Positions 1-8,876 of a stretch of DNA of 64,000 nt are shown here, piece by piece (position 1 is the first letter of the stretch; the number at the start of each line of letters is the position of its first letter). Below the pieces are notes generated by a model that searched no databases, was not told the origin of the DNA, and saw only the letters and a program-made list of their open reading frames with translations. The position numbers and the translations under genes were made by a program. Origin of the DNA: Candidatus Vecturithrix sp. (lineage in GTDB: Bacteria > Moduliflexota > Moduliflexia > Moduliflexales > Moduliflexaceae); the NCBI GenBank assembly GCA_040772385.1, contig JAXGYF010000001.1, positions 6,701,049 through 6,765,048 on the forward strand. The letters run 5' to 3'.

Positions 1-574
1 TGAAGTCTTGAAAAAAGGAGAACAGGTCCAGGCCGTCTTGCTAAATATTGATGTTGAACATGAACGACTCTCATTAGGCATCAAGCAATTGCAGACAAAT
101 CCCTGGGAAGGCATTGCCAATTCCATCTCAGTTGGCGATAACGTGACCGGCAAAGTCGTGCGTCTGACCGATTTTGGTGCGTTCATCGAATTGGAAAACG
201 GCATTGAAGGCTTATTGCACGTGTCGGAAATTTCCCACCAGCATGTTAAAAAACCTGAAGATGTGCTGTCGGTTGGGCAGGAAATTACGGCGAAAGTGAT
301 TAAACTGGACGAAGAAAATCGCCGCATTGGATTGAGCATTAAAGCCTATGACGAAGAAATGGGTAAAGGCGCAGAAGGTGAAGCTGAAGCTGCTGAAGAA
401 GGTCAGGAATTACCTGAAACACCTGAAACTGAAGCTGCGGAACCACAGATTGAAGAAACGCCTGTTGAAAAACCCGAACAAGCTGAAGCTGAAGCTCCGG
501 CAGAATCAGAGGCTGCAGGTGAAACTCTCACAGAACCCGAGCAAGAAGACTCCAAACAAGATGCTGCTCAGTAA
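1..574 (+). CDS. rpsA: 30S ribosomal protein S1, C-terminal portion (5' end outside window)
   Basis: ORF 8..574 is open to the window edge. S1-domain repeat signatures (GKVVRLTDFGAFIEL, GLLHVSEISHQHV) are followed by an acidic E/A/P-rich tail. Confidence 0.8.
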   Translation, partial: EVLKKGEQVQAVLLNIDVEHERLSLGIKQLQTNPWEGIANSISVGDNVTGKVVRLTDFGAFIELENGIEGLLHVSEISHQHVKKPEDVLSVGQEITAKVIKLDEENRRIGLSIKAYDEEMGKGAEGEAEAAEEGQELPETPETEAAEPQIEETPVEKPEQAEAEAPAESEAAGETLTEPEQEDSKQDAAQ

Positions 575-642
575 GTGTTAATTCTGTGACGTATCAAAAC
601 CCGCTTTCATCGTGAAAACAGGTTTTTTCATAAAATGTAGCC

Positions 643-680
643 AAAAAAAACCGGGTTTTTTCAAAAAACCCGGTTTTTCT
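643..680. terminator. Palindromic hairpin AAAAAACCGGGTTTTTTCAAAAAACCCGGTTTTT between convergent rpsA and ATPase genes; this copy has A-run/T-run flanks consistent with a bidirectional terminator
   Basis: Perfect inverted repeat read from sequence, located between convergent stops at 574 and 692; member of a 13+ copy family. Confidence 0.6.
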
Positions 681-691
681 CTCTAAAAATA

Positions 692-3628
692 TCACTTTTC
701 ATTCTTCTTCCGCTGTATCCACCGCCAGCCTTCACCAGCCCATAACACAACAGAGGTTCCTAAAATAATCAGAACCCATTCTTGCAAGGCAAGCGGAACA
801 GTTCGGAAAGCCGTTCCTCCGACCTGGATGATAAAAATCTGCCCGATAAAAATAGCGGAAGCGATCGCAACGAAACCTTTGTTTTCCATGAGACGATCAA
901 AGGCAGAATGCGTTAAACTAAGACAACGCGCATTAAACATATTCCAAAACTGACACATCACGAATATCGTGAAAAAGATGGTCAGTTCATGAGTACTGAC
1001 AACGCCATCACGCTGGATATAAATGAGTAGTCCCACAAAGAAAATCAGAAAAGCGGAAGCGACCGTTAAAATATTTTTCGTCATGGCTTTTGTGAGAATA
1101 AAATCGTGTGGGTCGCGCGGCGGACGTTTCATCACATCCCAATGCGGCGGTTCTGTGGCTAAGGCTAAGGCTGCAAAGGTATCCATAATCAAATTCACCC
1201 ACAACATTTGCGTCACCGTAAGCGGAATTTTCACTCCAATAAACGGACCAAGGAGCGCAATGCCTAAAGCTGCGACATTGATCGTTAATTGGAAAAGAAT
1301 AAAACGCTGAATATTTTCATATAACGACCGTCCCCACATCACGCCTTTGACAATGCTGGAAAAGGAATCATCCAACAGCACAATGTCGCTCGCTTCTTTC
1401 GCGACTGAAGTCCCGGTTTTGCCCATTGAAAGTCCGACATTCGCGTAATTCAAGGCAGGAGCATCATTCGTGCCGTCGCCTGTAACGGCAACGACCTGTT
1501 TACGCTTCTGGAGTAATTTGACCAGACGCATTTTATCTAAAGGCCGCGCGCGTGAGAGCACTTTCAAATTTGTCACAACCTGTTCAGCGTCTTCATCGGA
1601 TAGCTGCTCGAATTCCCGTCCTGTGAGATGGCGATCGCCCGTATCGCTTTCCTCCCATAAGTGAATCTGCCGTGCAATCTCTTTCGCCGTCTCCGAATTG
1701 TCGCCAGTGACAATCGTCACCTTAATCCCGGCGTTGCGACAGGTTTGAATGGCTTCCGGAACTTCAGGCCGGATCGGATCCGCAATCGCGACAAAGCCAA
1801 GCCAGATCATGTCACGGGTAATCTCTTCGATCTCAGTATGATCGGCAGGCGCATCATGATAGGCAAACGCCAGGGTACGCATTCCGCGTTGCTGATACCT
1901 GTGTAGTTTGGATTCAATATCAGCTTTTTCTGCTTCCCGGAAAGCTTGTTCACCTTCTGGCGTCAGAATACGGGTACAGTGACTCAGAATAATTTCAGGC
2001 GCGCCTTTAATGTGCAGAATACGGGTATTTGTACTTGACGATATTCCCAGGGTTGCCATATACTTCCGATCTGTCGAAAATGTCCACTGATAGCTGACCG
2101 GAAACTCATCGCGCTGCAGCACATAATCAATCCCCAGATTCTCAAGCCAGAGTAACAGCGCGCCTTCAGTCGGATTTCCAAGCGGCAGAGAGGTTCCAGA
2201 ACTGCGATCCAGGTGCGCGGTCGTATTTGCAGCAATCGCCTCGACAATCAGGCGTTCTCCTTGAGTTTGTTGTTCTTTGGTAAGCGTTGAATTTTCGCCA
2301 AGACAAGGAAAACTCACTTCATGGACCTGCATTTGATTGAGTGTTAAGGTTCCGGTTTTATCAGAACAGATCACGGTTGCCGCGCCAATAGTTTCACAGG
2401 CATGCATCCGGCGCACCAGGTTGTTGGCTGCCGTCATTTTACGCATACTGTACGCCAGACTCAGGGTGACGCTCATAGCCAAGCCTTCAGGCACAGCCAC
2501 AACAATAATGGTCACGGCGATCATAAAATAGGTCAGAAAATTTCGCCCGATCTCCGCCGGTATCCAGCTTTCTGAAGTTCCGGGCGTGAGACCAACCAGA
2601 TATCCGAAAAACGTGCCAATGAGCAGAATCCCCAGTCCAATGCCAGCCGTTTTGGCCCAACCGATTAAGCTATCATTCTCAAGCCAGTCTGGAGCTTGCA
2701 GTTCTTTGCCGAACAATTCAAATCCGTCGTAAAGAATGGGCAGCCATACCCGCACCAGAGCGATGATAACCGCGATTTTCAACACACCGACAAAATACCA
2801 TTGATGCAAACTTAACTGTAATTCTCCGGTGAATATATCACGAATGACAAGAGCGATATAAATTAACGCTGCCACAGTAAAGCCCACCACGCCGATTAAC
2901 TTGCTCAGGCGTTCGAGTTGGATATTCAGCGGAGTTTCTTCTTCAGTCTCCTCGGCGGCAGTCCGCGCGGTTTTTCCAACTTCGGTCGTATCGCCGACCG
3001 CCGAGATTTGCATGATGCCGTGTCCATCGGCTACCATTGTTCCCCGATATAACCTGTCGCGAGCGTAGGCAGTTTCCTCAATCGGCTGTATAGCGACTTC
3101 TTCACGCGATACCTTCTGGACCGGAATTGACTCACCGGTTAAACACGCTTCGTTGACATGAAAAGAGACCGCTTCCAAAATCTGACCGTCGGCCGGAATC
3201 TCTTCTCCTAATTCCACCAGAACAATATCACCCACAACCAAATCTTTTTTGGGCACTGTTGTAATGTTACCATCGCGAATCACTTTCACAGGCACTTCAT
3301 CGTTCACCTGATTCAGGATATCAAATTCCTTATTTGCCTTATATTCATTTAAAAACGCTAAGGTCGTCGCCAGCAAAATCGCAAGAATAATGCCGATGCC
3401 TTCAGCATATTTTCCATCAGCGATACCCACGCCAACCGCAATAATTGCGGCAATAATCAGAATACGAATGACGGGATCGTCGAATTTTTCCAATAAAAGT
3501 TTCCACCAGGGATCACGTTCCGGCGGAGTCAGGATATTACTGCCGTATTTTTGACGACTGGCTTCAACCTCAGCCGAGGTTAAACCTTTAAAACGCCCTG
3601 TGAGCTGCTTGTGACTTGTTTCTGCCAT
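692..3628 (-). CDS. P-type cation-transporting ATPase (type II, Ca2+/Mg2+-like)
   Basis: Motifs CSDKTGTLT, VTGDNSETA and VTGDGTNDAPAL are present, with about 10 TM segments. Start placed at MAETSHKQL behind GGAGAA; the longer ORF (to 3751) reads through the upstream palindrome, translating it as EKPGFWEKPGFF. Confidence 0.85.
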   Translation of the reverse strand: MAETSHKQLTGRFKGLTSAEVEASRQKYGSNILTPPERDPWWKLLLEKFDDPVIRILIIAAIIAVGVGIADGKYAEGIGIILAILLATTLAFLNEYKANKEFDILNQVNDEVPVKVIRDGNITTVPKKDLVVGDIVLVELGEEIPADGQILEAVSFHVNEACLTGESIPVQKVSREEVAIQPIEETAYARDRLYRGTMVADGHGIMQISAVGDTTEVGKTARTAAEETEEETPLNIQLERLSKLIGVVGFTVAALIYIALVIRDIFTGELQLSLHQWYFVGVLKIAVIIALVRVWLPILYDGFELFGKELQAPDWLENDSLIGWAKTAGIGLGILLIGTFFGYLVGLTPGTSESWIPAEIGRNFLTYFMIAVTIIVVAVPEGLAMSVTLSLAYSMRKMTAANNLVRRMHACETIGAATVICSDKTGTLTLNQMQVHEVSFPCLGENSTLTKEQQTQGERLIVEAIAANTTAHLDRSSGTSLPLGNPTEGALLLWLENLGIDYVLQRDEFPVSYQWTFSTDRKYMATLGISSSTNTRILHIKGAPEIILSHCTRILTPEGEQAFREAEKADIESKLHRYQQRGMRTLAFAYHDAPADHTEIEEITRDMIWLGFVAIADPIRPEVPEAIQTCRNAGIKVTIVTGDNSETAKEIARQIHLWEESDTGDRHLTGREFEQLSDEDAEQVVTNLKVLSRARPLDKMRLVKLLQKRKQVVAVTGDGTNDAPALNYANVGLSMGKTGTSVAKEASDIVLLDDSFSSIVKGVMWGRSLYENIQRFILFQLTINVAALGIALLGPFIGVKIPLTVTQMLWVNLIMDTFAALALATEPPHWDVMKRPPRDPHDFILTKAMTKNILTVASAFLIFFVGLLIYIQRDGVVSTHELTIFFTIFVMCQFWNMFNARCLSLTHSAFDRLMENKGFVAIASAIFIGQIFIIQVGGTAFRTVPLALQEWVLIILGTSVVLWAGEGWRWIQRKKNEK

Positions 3629-3656
3629 AATGTTGTTTTCTCCTTCTCTGTCGTTA

Positions 3657-3692
3657 AAGAAACCGGGTTTTTCCCAAAAACCCGGTTTCTCT
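3657..3692. repeat. PRE-family palindrome GAAACCGGGTTTTTCCCAAAAACCCGGTTTC, about 30 nt 5' of the ATPase RBS
   Basis: Inverted repeat read directly; same core as the other copies. Confidence 0.6.
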
Positions 3693-3696
3693 GTCA

Positions 3697-4224
3697 TTAC
3701 ATTGAACTGATAAGCCATCTTGCCAATCCTATTTTGGGGCCAAGCCACCATAAACCATACATCACAAGAACCGCATACACTGAACTGACGAGATCATCAA
3801 GTAAAATTCCCCAAGCGCCGTGAATTTGTTGATCGACCTGTCTGGCAGGCGGAATTTTGATAATGTCAAATATTCTGAATAACAAAAATCCCCAGAGCGC
3901 AACCTGCCAGAGCTGTCCTTGATGAAAAAGAAGCGGTACGAGTAAATACCCGGCCACTTCATCCAACACAAAATGTCCCGGATCTTCTTGCTGCCAATAG
4001 GCCACAGCCCAGGGCGTCAACCAGTTATTCGCCGCACAGACCAGAAAAAATACCACGAGAAGTGCGGGCCATTGCAGACTGAAAGGCAAAGTCAATACAA
4101 TCACAACATGCAGGATAACCCCTAATAATGTGCCGAACGTTCCGGGAGCAAAGGGCATCAAACCAAGTCCGAAAGCCGAACCAATAAGAAGGTACGCATA
4201 ATAGTTCTTTTGTTGTTTTTCCAT
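3697..4224 (-). CDS. pgpA: phosphatidylglycerophosphatase A
   Basis: About 175 aa polytopic protein with PGTFGTL and DIIKIPPA signatures typical of PgpA. Confidence 0.75.
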   Translation of the reverse strand: MEKQQKNYYAYLLIGSAFGLGLMPFAPGTFGTLLGVILHVVIVLTLPFSLQWPALLVVFFLVCAANNWLTPWAVAYWQQEDPGHFVLDEVAGYLLVPLLFHQGQLWQVALWGFLLFRIFDIIKIPPARQVDQQIHGAWGILLDDLVSSVYAVLVMYGLWWLGPKIGLARWLISSM

Positions 4225-4249
4225 AAGTGGTTTTCTTTTCGACAGGTTC

Positions 4250-4298
4250 GTAGTTCCGCCTTCAGGCGGAAGAACTCGCTAAAGCGAGAACTACAACC
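4250..4298. repeat. Compound hairpin repeat GTAGTTC-[CCGCcttcaGGCGG]-[CGCTaaaGCGAG]-AACTAC
   Basis: Read from sequence; one of 4 copies (also 10310, 11058, 62143). Confidence 0.5.
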
Positions 4299-4352
4299 CT
4301 GACAATTTCACTGTGATTATATAGCGATTATCCCATCTCTTCAACTCGAATC

Positions 4353-5960
4353 TTAAAAAACTTTTTTCCCATCCAGTATCATCTTACAGAAACGATCAAG
4401 CATGACATTCTGTCCAGGGGTTAACGGTGTCAAGTCATCGAATGTAAACTGTGTGATCGGATTGCCTACGCCATGATCCGCAAAAAATGGAAGCGTAATG
4501 TGTCGTCGAAAAAAATAATGATAGGCATATTTAAGGGCCAGATCCGTGGTATCAGGAGATGGCAGCATCGCCGTTCCGTATGTCTGCTTATGTTGTTTTT
4601 GGGCATGTACCTGAGCGATCTGCTCGAAGTACTCCTCTTTTGTTAACGGATCATACGTGACCCCCTTTCCTCTGTAAAATGCTTCTCCGGCCACAACCAC
4701 CGGAATGCCTCGCGCAGCAAATTCAAGTCCGATCTTGCTGGAATACACTACTGCCATATCGATCAGTTCACTCAAAGTATAGGTACTCACATCATTTTCA
4801 GCCGGAATGATCGTAATATGCGGCGGCAGTTCAGGAAAGGCTGAACGGATGACATCGGCAATTTTTTCACGGGTCTGACTTTTACGACGAACTTCGGCCG
4901 GATGACAGCGAATAATCAGTTGTACCTCCGGATGCTCAAGCCCCCATCGAAGGGTTTCCACGATCCAACTGATCATATCCGGAAACGCTGCACCTCGAAA
5001 CAGCACCGCCGCATCCCAGGCCAGGTTCGTAAATATCCCGATTGTTGGCCGCGACGGATCAAGAGTGAACTGTTGAATAACCGCCTGACAGTTCACCTGC
5101 GGATGCGGTGAATAGGAAATCCAATCTAACCCACCATTGACGCGAGAGTGCAAATACTGTATGATTTCCTTGCGCTGGGCGTCGGTGAATGGCCGCTCGC
5201 GCCAGTTTGCCGTTGGCTCAATCAATAGATCATGATGATAGGTGCGGCCCTGGGATACGAGCAAAGAATTTTTACGATAACCATAGCCATAGACCGTCAC
5301 TCGAATTCCTTGCTGTCGCGCATAATCTGCCAATACGCCCCAGGTGACATATAAGCCGTGCGAGATCAACAGCGCATCCGGTTGCAAGTGATTTATTAAA
5401 TTGCGGCTCATATCCGCCATCATCATGGCCGTGACAAGAAATTGGTGAAATTTCTGCCAATGATGTTCCTGGCTGAGCCGTCCTCGTAAATAATGCCGCA
5501 AAGTTGAACTATAGGCGATCTGCCCGACCCGAATCCCCAGGTATTCCATTTCCAGCCAGGTTTCTCTGGGATGGGACCTCAGCAGCGCATTGATCTCAGT
5601 CCTGCAAGTTTTGTCAAGAAATTCGCTCACACAACATAAGGGTAAGTCCGTTGCTGAAAATAATGAGTGGGCATGATGCCAGCAAGCGGTGCAGGTTTCA
5701 GGCGTATCCGTATCAATGCTGCGATGATCGCAAACTGGCATCACCTGATCGCACAGCAAGACGTCAACTCGCACCTTGTGCAAGCGCAGCGCATTCGCCA
5801 ACACCAGATCAATGGCACTGCCGAGATAATGTTGACGCATTGCGCCAACCAGCACGCGCGGTCGCGTCGTTTGCGCCAGATTCCTGCGCAATGGGGATGG
5901 CGTGCGGGCAAATATCTCTGCGGCCTGCCGGGTGAGATCTTCAGGAAGAGGTGTCATCAT
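4353..5960 (-). CDS. capsule-polysaccharide-biosynthesis-like protein (KpsC/KpsS-type, tentative)
   Basis: 535 aa soluble protein whose start overlaps the neuA stop by 4 nt; general resemblance to capsule synthesis (Capsule_synth-type) proteins. Assignment not verifiable without profile search. Confidence 0.4.
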   Translation of the reverse strand: MMTPLPEDLTRQAAEIFARTPSPLRRNLAQTTRPRVLVGAMRQHYLGSAIDLVLANALRLHKVRVDVLLCDQVMPVCDHRSIDTDTPETCTACWHHAHSLFSATDLPLCCVSEFLDKTCRTEINALLRSHPRETWLEMEYLGIRVGQIAYSSTLRHYLRGRLSQEHHWQKFHQFLVTAMMMADMSRNLINHLQPDALLISHGLYVTWGVLADYARQQGIRVTVYGYGYRKNSLLVSQGRTYHHDLLIEPTANWRERPFTDAQRKEIIQYLHSRVNGGLDWISYSPHPQVNCQAVIQQFTLDPSRPTIGIFTNLAWDAAVLFRGAAFPDMISWIVETLRWGLEHPEVQLIIRCHPAEVRRKSQTREKIADVIRSAFPELPPHITIIPAENDVSTYTLSELIDMAVVYSSKIGLEFAARGIPVVVAGEAFYRGKGVTYDPLTKEEYFEQIAQVHAQKQHKQTYGTAMLPSPDTTDLALKYAYHYFFRRHITLPFFADHGVGNPITQFTFDDLTPLTPGQNVMLDRFCKMILDGKKVF

Positions 5961-6661
5961 CTTTTCGCTCGCGTGAGAAAATATTCTGCGGCCTGGAGGT
6001 CCTCGATACTGTCAATATTCACTGAAACATCCGGCGACATGGTGTAAGCGAAAGGATGTAAGCCATATAGTGTGTGTTGTTCCTGGATAAGCTGTCTTCG
6101 AGCAACATACACCGCTCCATTTCTGTAATACGCCGGCGGTAAAAGCTGGCGGCGCGGATAACGCTGCGGTCCGCCGCGTTCATCAAAAGGCTGCATGATA
6201 TGCGCCTCGTTCAGCGCAAACGCCCAGTAAGGATGATAATGCGCTGGGATCGGCGAGACACTGACGACGGCCTCTGCGTTCTGCTGCAGGAGCAATCGGA
6301 CAGCCTCGTCAATATGGCATCCCTGGCGCAATGGGGCGGTCGGTTGCAACAGCACAATCACATCAGGAACAAAATCCTTCGCCAGCGCATGCAAAGCATG
6401 TTGAATCACAGCCAGACTGGGCGTTTCATCTTGCGCCAGTTCCAGCGGCCGCATAAAAGGGACCTCTATGCCTTGCTGCATAGCATATTGAGCGATCTCC
6501 TGATCCTCGGTTGTCAGAATCGTGCGCGTTAACACCATACTGGCGCGGACAGCCTGAAATGTGTACCAGATCAGCGGTTGCCCTGCCAGGGGATACAAAT
6601 TTTTACGTAGAATCCCTTTGGAGCCTCCACGCGCCGGAATAATACCTAGAATATTTTTCAT
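5957..6661 (-). CDS. neuA: acylneuraminate (nonulosonic acid) cytidylyltransferase
   Basis: N-terminal GIIPARGGSKGI nucleotide-binding motif of the CMP-sugar synthetase family. Confidence 0.75.
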   Translation of the reverse strand: MKNILGIIPARGGSKGILRKNLYPLAGQPLIWYTFQAVRASMVLTRTILTTEDQEIAQYAMQQGIEVPFMRPLELAQDETPSLAVIQHALHALAKDFVPDVIVLLQPTAPLRQGCHIDEAVRLLLQQNAEAVVSVSPIPAHYHPYWAFALNEAHIMQPFDERGGPQRYPRRQLLPPAYYRNGAVYVARRQLIQEQHTLYGLHPFAYTMSPDVSVNIDSIEDLQAAEYFLTRAKR

Positions 6662-6664
6662 TCT

Positions 6665-7831
6665 TTATAAGGATAGCGTTTTCTGCAAGTTTATTTTGGC
6701 ATGAGCTAATATATCAGCAATCCGCTGACTGGCGTGACCGTCGCCGTACATCAGATCACGCGCATAACGGCCATGCGTCAACTGTTTGCGCACCGCCGTA
6801 ACAATCTCATCGCAGACATACTCCACATCGATCACATTCGGACTTCGTTCACGTCCGGCCTGACGATTGCCGACGCAAACCACCGGCGTACCTAAAAAGG
6901 ACCCCTCCCGCAACGCGCTGCTGGAATTTCCGATAAAACAGGCAGCTCCGGCAAGAATACGGATATAGTCTTCAGGAACGAAATTGGTAAAAAGATACAA
7001 AAATTCCGGGTGATAGGCGTGATAAAAGTCCTCAATCTGCTGCGCCATCGCCTGTCCGCCAGCGTCAACATTCGGTTTCAACAGAATCGTTGGCATCTGT
7101 AATTCAAGCAAGGCATGCAGCGTACATTCAATCTGGCTGGCAGCCGCTTGCTGCTCGGTCGTGACCGGGTGTTGCGCCGCTAATAAATAGGGTTGCGTGA
7201 GATCAAAAGCGGGTCGCTTTTGTCCTTGATGTGTTCCGTTGAGCGGAAGTGTGGTTAAAGGAATGTGTGCAACGTTATGCGCCAGATCAAGTGACGGACA
7301 ACCAACACAATAGACGGTTTCCGGCGGTTCCCCCATTTTTATCAAGCGTTCCGCGCTTAACCGGGTCGCCGGAAAATGAAGATGAGCCAGGCGAGTGATG
7401 GCATGGCGCACACTTTCATCAATCGAACCGGAGACTTCGCCGCCTTGCAAATGGGCGACCGGAATGTTCATATACGCTGCTGCAACCGCTGCCGACAGAG
7501 CGTCGTAGCGATCGGCAATCACAAAGACGATATCAGGCCGGAGGTTCTCAAATACCGTCGCCAGTTCAATAATTCCCAATCCCGCGCTAATCGCCATTGT
7601 CGCCGGAGTCTGCCCCTCTACCACAAAATTGACGCGCGCATGAATTGAAAAGCCATCTTCCTGGACAATATTGACTGCCTCGCCAAAACGCGGCAGCAAC
7701 ATTGACGATCCGACCACCAATTGTAATTCTAAACCAGGATGTTCTTGAATTGCCTGTAATACTGACTTGACTCGTCCATAATTCGCCCGGTTAATCACGA
7801 CTACACAGATTTTTCGCGTTTCCATGCTCAC
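6665..7831 (-). CDS. neuC: UDP-N-acetylglucosamine 2-epimerase (hydrolysing, NeuC-like)
   Basis: Epimerase_2 family features (ICVVVINRANYGRV, DRYDALSAAVAA, HLQGGE). Confidence 0.75.
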   Translation of the reverse strand: MSMETRKICVVVINRANYGRVKSVLQAIQEHPGLELQLVVGSSMLLPRFGEAVNIVQEDGFSIHARVNFVVEGQTPATMAISAGLGIIELATVFENLRPDIVFVIADRYDALSAAVAAAYMNIPVAHLQGGEVSGSIDESVRHAITRLAHLHFPATRLSAERLIKMGEPPETVYCVGCPSLDLAHNVAHIPLTTLPLNGTHQGQKRPAFDLTQPYLLAAQHPVTTEQQAAASQIECTLHALLELQMPTILLKPNVDAGGQAMAQQIEDFYHAYHPEFLYLFTNFVPEDYIRILAGAACFIGNSSSALREGSFLGTPVVCVGNRQAGRERSPNVIDVEYVCDEIVTAVRKQLTHGRYARDLMYGDGHASQRIADILAHAKINLQKTLSL

Positions 7832-7844
7832 GTCTGCTTGCCTT

Positions 7845-8645
7845 TCATCTATTATCGCCCCACTTTCCGATGTAGATTTTCCGTAAATCCATTTCCTGTT
7901 CGCTCAAACCGGGATGCGGCTCACCCATCACCCGTTCGACTTGTACTGCATAGTCTGCTAATTCGTGAATTTCATACGGTTCGGCTGAGATTGCCTGATC
8001 TTTGCCTGGTAATTCGCGGCTCAAGGTAAAATGCTTTTCCAGATAAACTGCACCTCTGGCAATTGCCAGTTTTCCAGCAGCAGTTCCCAACGTATGATCG
8101 CTAAATCCCACGGAAGGGGTAAATTGCCGCAGCCACTCCATGCGGACCAGATTGACTCGTTCTAATGGGGCAGGATACAGTGAGAGACAGTGTAAAAATG
8201 TATAAGGAGTGTTGTCCAATAATTTGGCTGTCTGCTGAATCTCTTCATCATACGACATACCGGTCGAAATAATGAGATGCTCAAAGCGTTCACGCAATTT
8301 CCGAATCATCGTGTGACTTCCCAGGTCAGGGCTGGCAATTTTGATGGTATTCAGCCCCAGTCCCGCTAAAAACTCTATACGCCCGATATCAAAACAGGTA
8401 GTCAGAAACTTGATATGATTGACTTTACAAGCCCGGATCAACTGGTGATGAGCTTCGTCTGATAACTCGGCTTTGGCATGGCGTTCAAAATTCAGGTCCC
8501 CGGGCTTCAGATTTTTCGCCTGCCAGGACTGAAATTTGACCCAATCGGCTCCAGCCTGGGCCGCTGCCTCGATCATCTTGATCGCAAGTTCAACGTCGCC
8601 GCCATGATTGGCCCCAACCTCTGCAATAATTTGTGTACGCGCCAT
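7845..8645 (-). CDS. neuB: N-acetylneuraminate / nonulosonate synthase
   Basis: IIAEVGANHGGDVELA and WVKFQSW signatures of the NeuB family; a GC-rich hairpin lies in its 5' UTR (8688-8740). Confidence 0.8.
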   Translation of the reverse strand: MARTQIIAEVGANHGGDVELAIKMIEAAAQAGADWVKFQSWQAKNLKPGDLNFERHAKAELSDEAHHQLIRACKVNHIKFLTTCFDIGRIEFLAGLGLNTIKIASPDLGSHTMIRKLRERFEHLIISTGMSYDEEIQQTAKLLDNTPYTFLHCLSLYPAPLERVNLVRMEWLRQFTPSVGFSDHTLGTAAGKLAIARGAVYLEKHFTLSRELPGKDQAISAEPYEIHELADYAVQVERVMGEPHPGLSEQEMDLRKIYIGKWGDNR

Positions 8646-8834
8646 TTTTCAACCCCGCCCCTGGCCCATCCCAAGAGAAAACGAGAAAATTCTCCCCCTC
8701 TCCTCTGGGGATGGAGCGGGGGAGGGGTTTTTCAAGAAATTTTAGCATAAGCTACTCAGGCATTGTATTAATACTCTTTAAAGTAATCAAGTTTTGTCAG
8801 GATATTTCGGTTCTTGTCAACATATTTTTCATTC

Positions 8835-8870
8835 TCCCGTGTAGAAGAAACCGGGTTTTTCACAAAAATC
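8835..8870. repeat. PRE-family palindrome GAAACCGGGTTTTTCACAAAAATCCGGTTTC
   Basis: Read from sequence; downstream of the 8877 gene stop and upstream of the neuB promoter region. Confidence 0.6.
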
Positions 8871-8876
8871 CGGTTT

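Noticed and set aside
348-581. Lys-rich 77-aa ORF in an alternative frame inside rpsA
   Set aside because: It overlaps the well-supported S1 reading frame. Its low-complexity K/L composition is what a shifted reading of the E/A-rich S1 tail produces.
851-1640. GCGATCGC (HIP1-like) octamers
   Set aside because: Only a handful of occurrences, consistent with chance; this is not the cyanobacterial HIP1 over-representation.
1008-2531. Multiple 60-140 aa antisense or alternate-frame ORFs inside the large genes (ATPase, RND, GRE, Hsp70s and others)
   Set aside because: Nested in strongly supported longer CDSs, with no RBS and no recognisable motifs. This is typical six-frame noise at about 50% GC.
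692-3751. N-terminal extensions of several minus-strand ORFs (for example ATPase to 3751, GRE to 58415, Hsp70-C to 17086, small ORF to 22531)
   Set aside because: The extensions read through the palindromic repeats (translating for example EKPGFWEKPGFF) and lack RBS support. Internal ATGs with GGAGG-type SD sequences were used instead.
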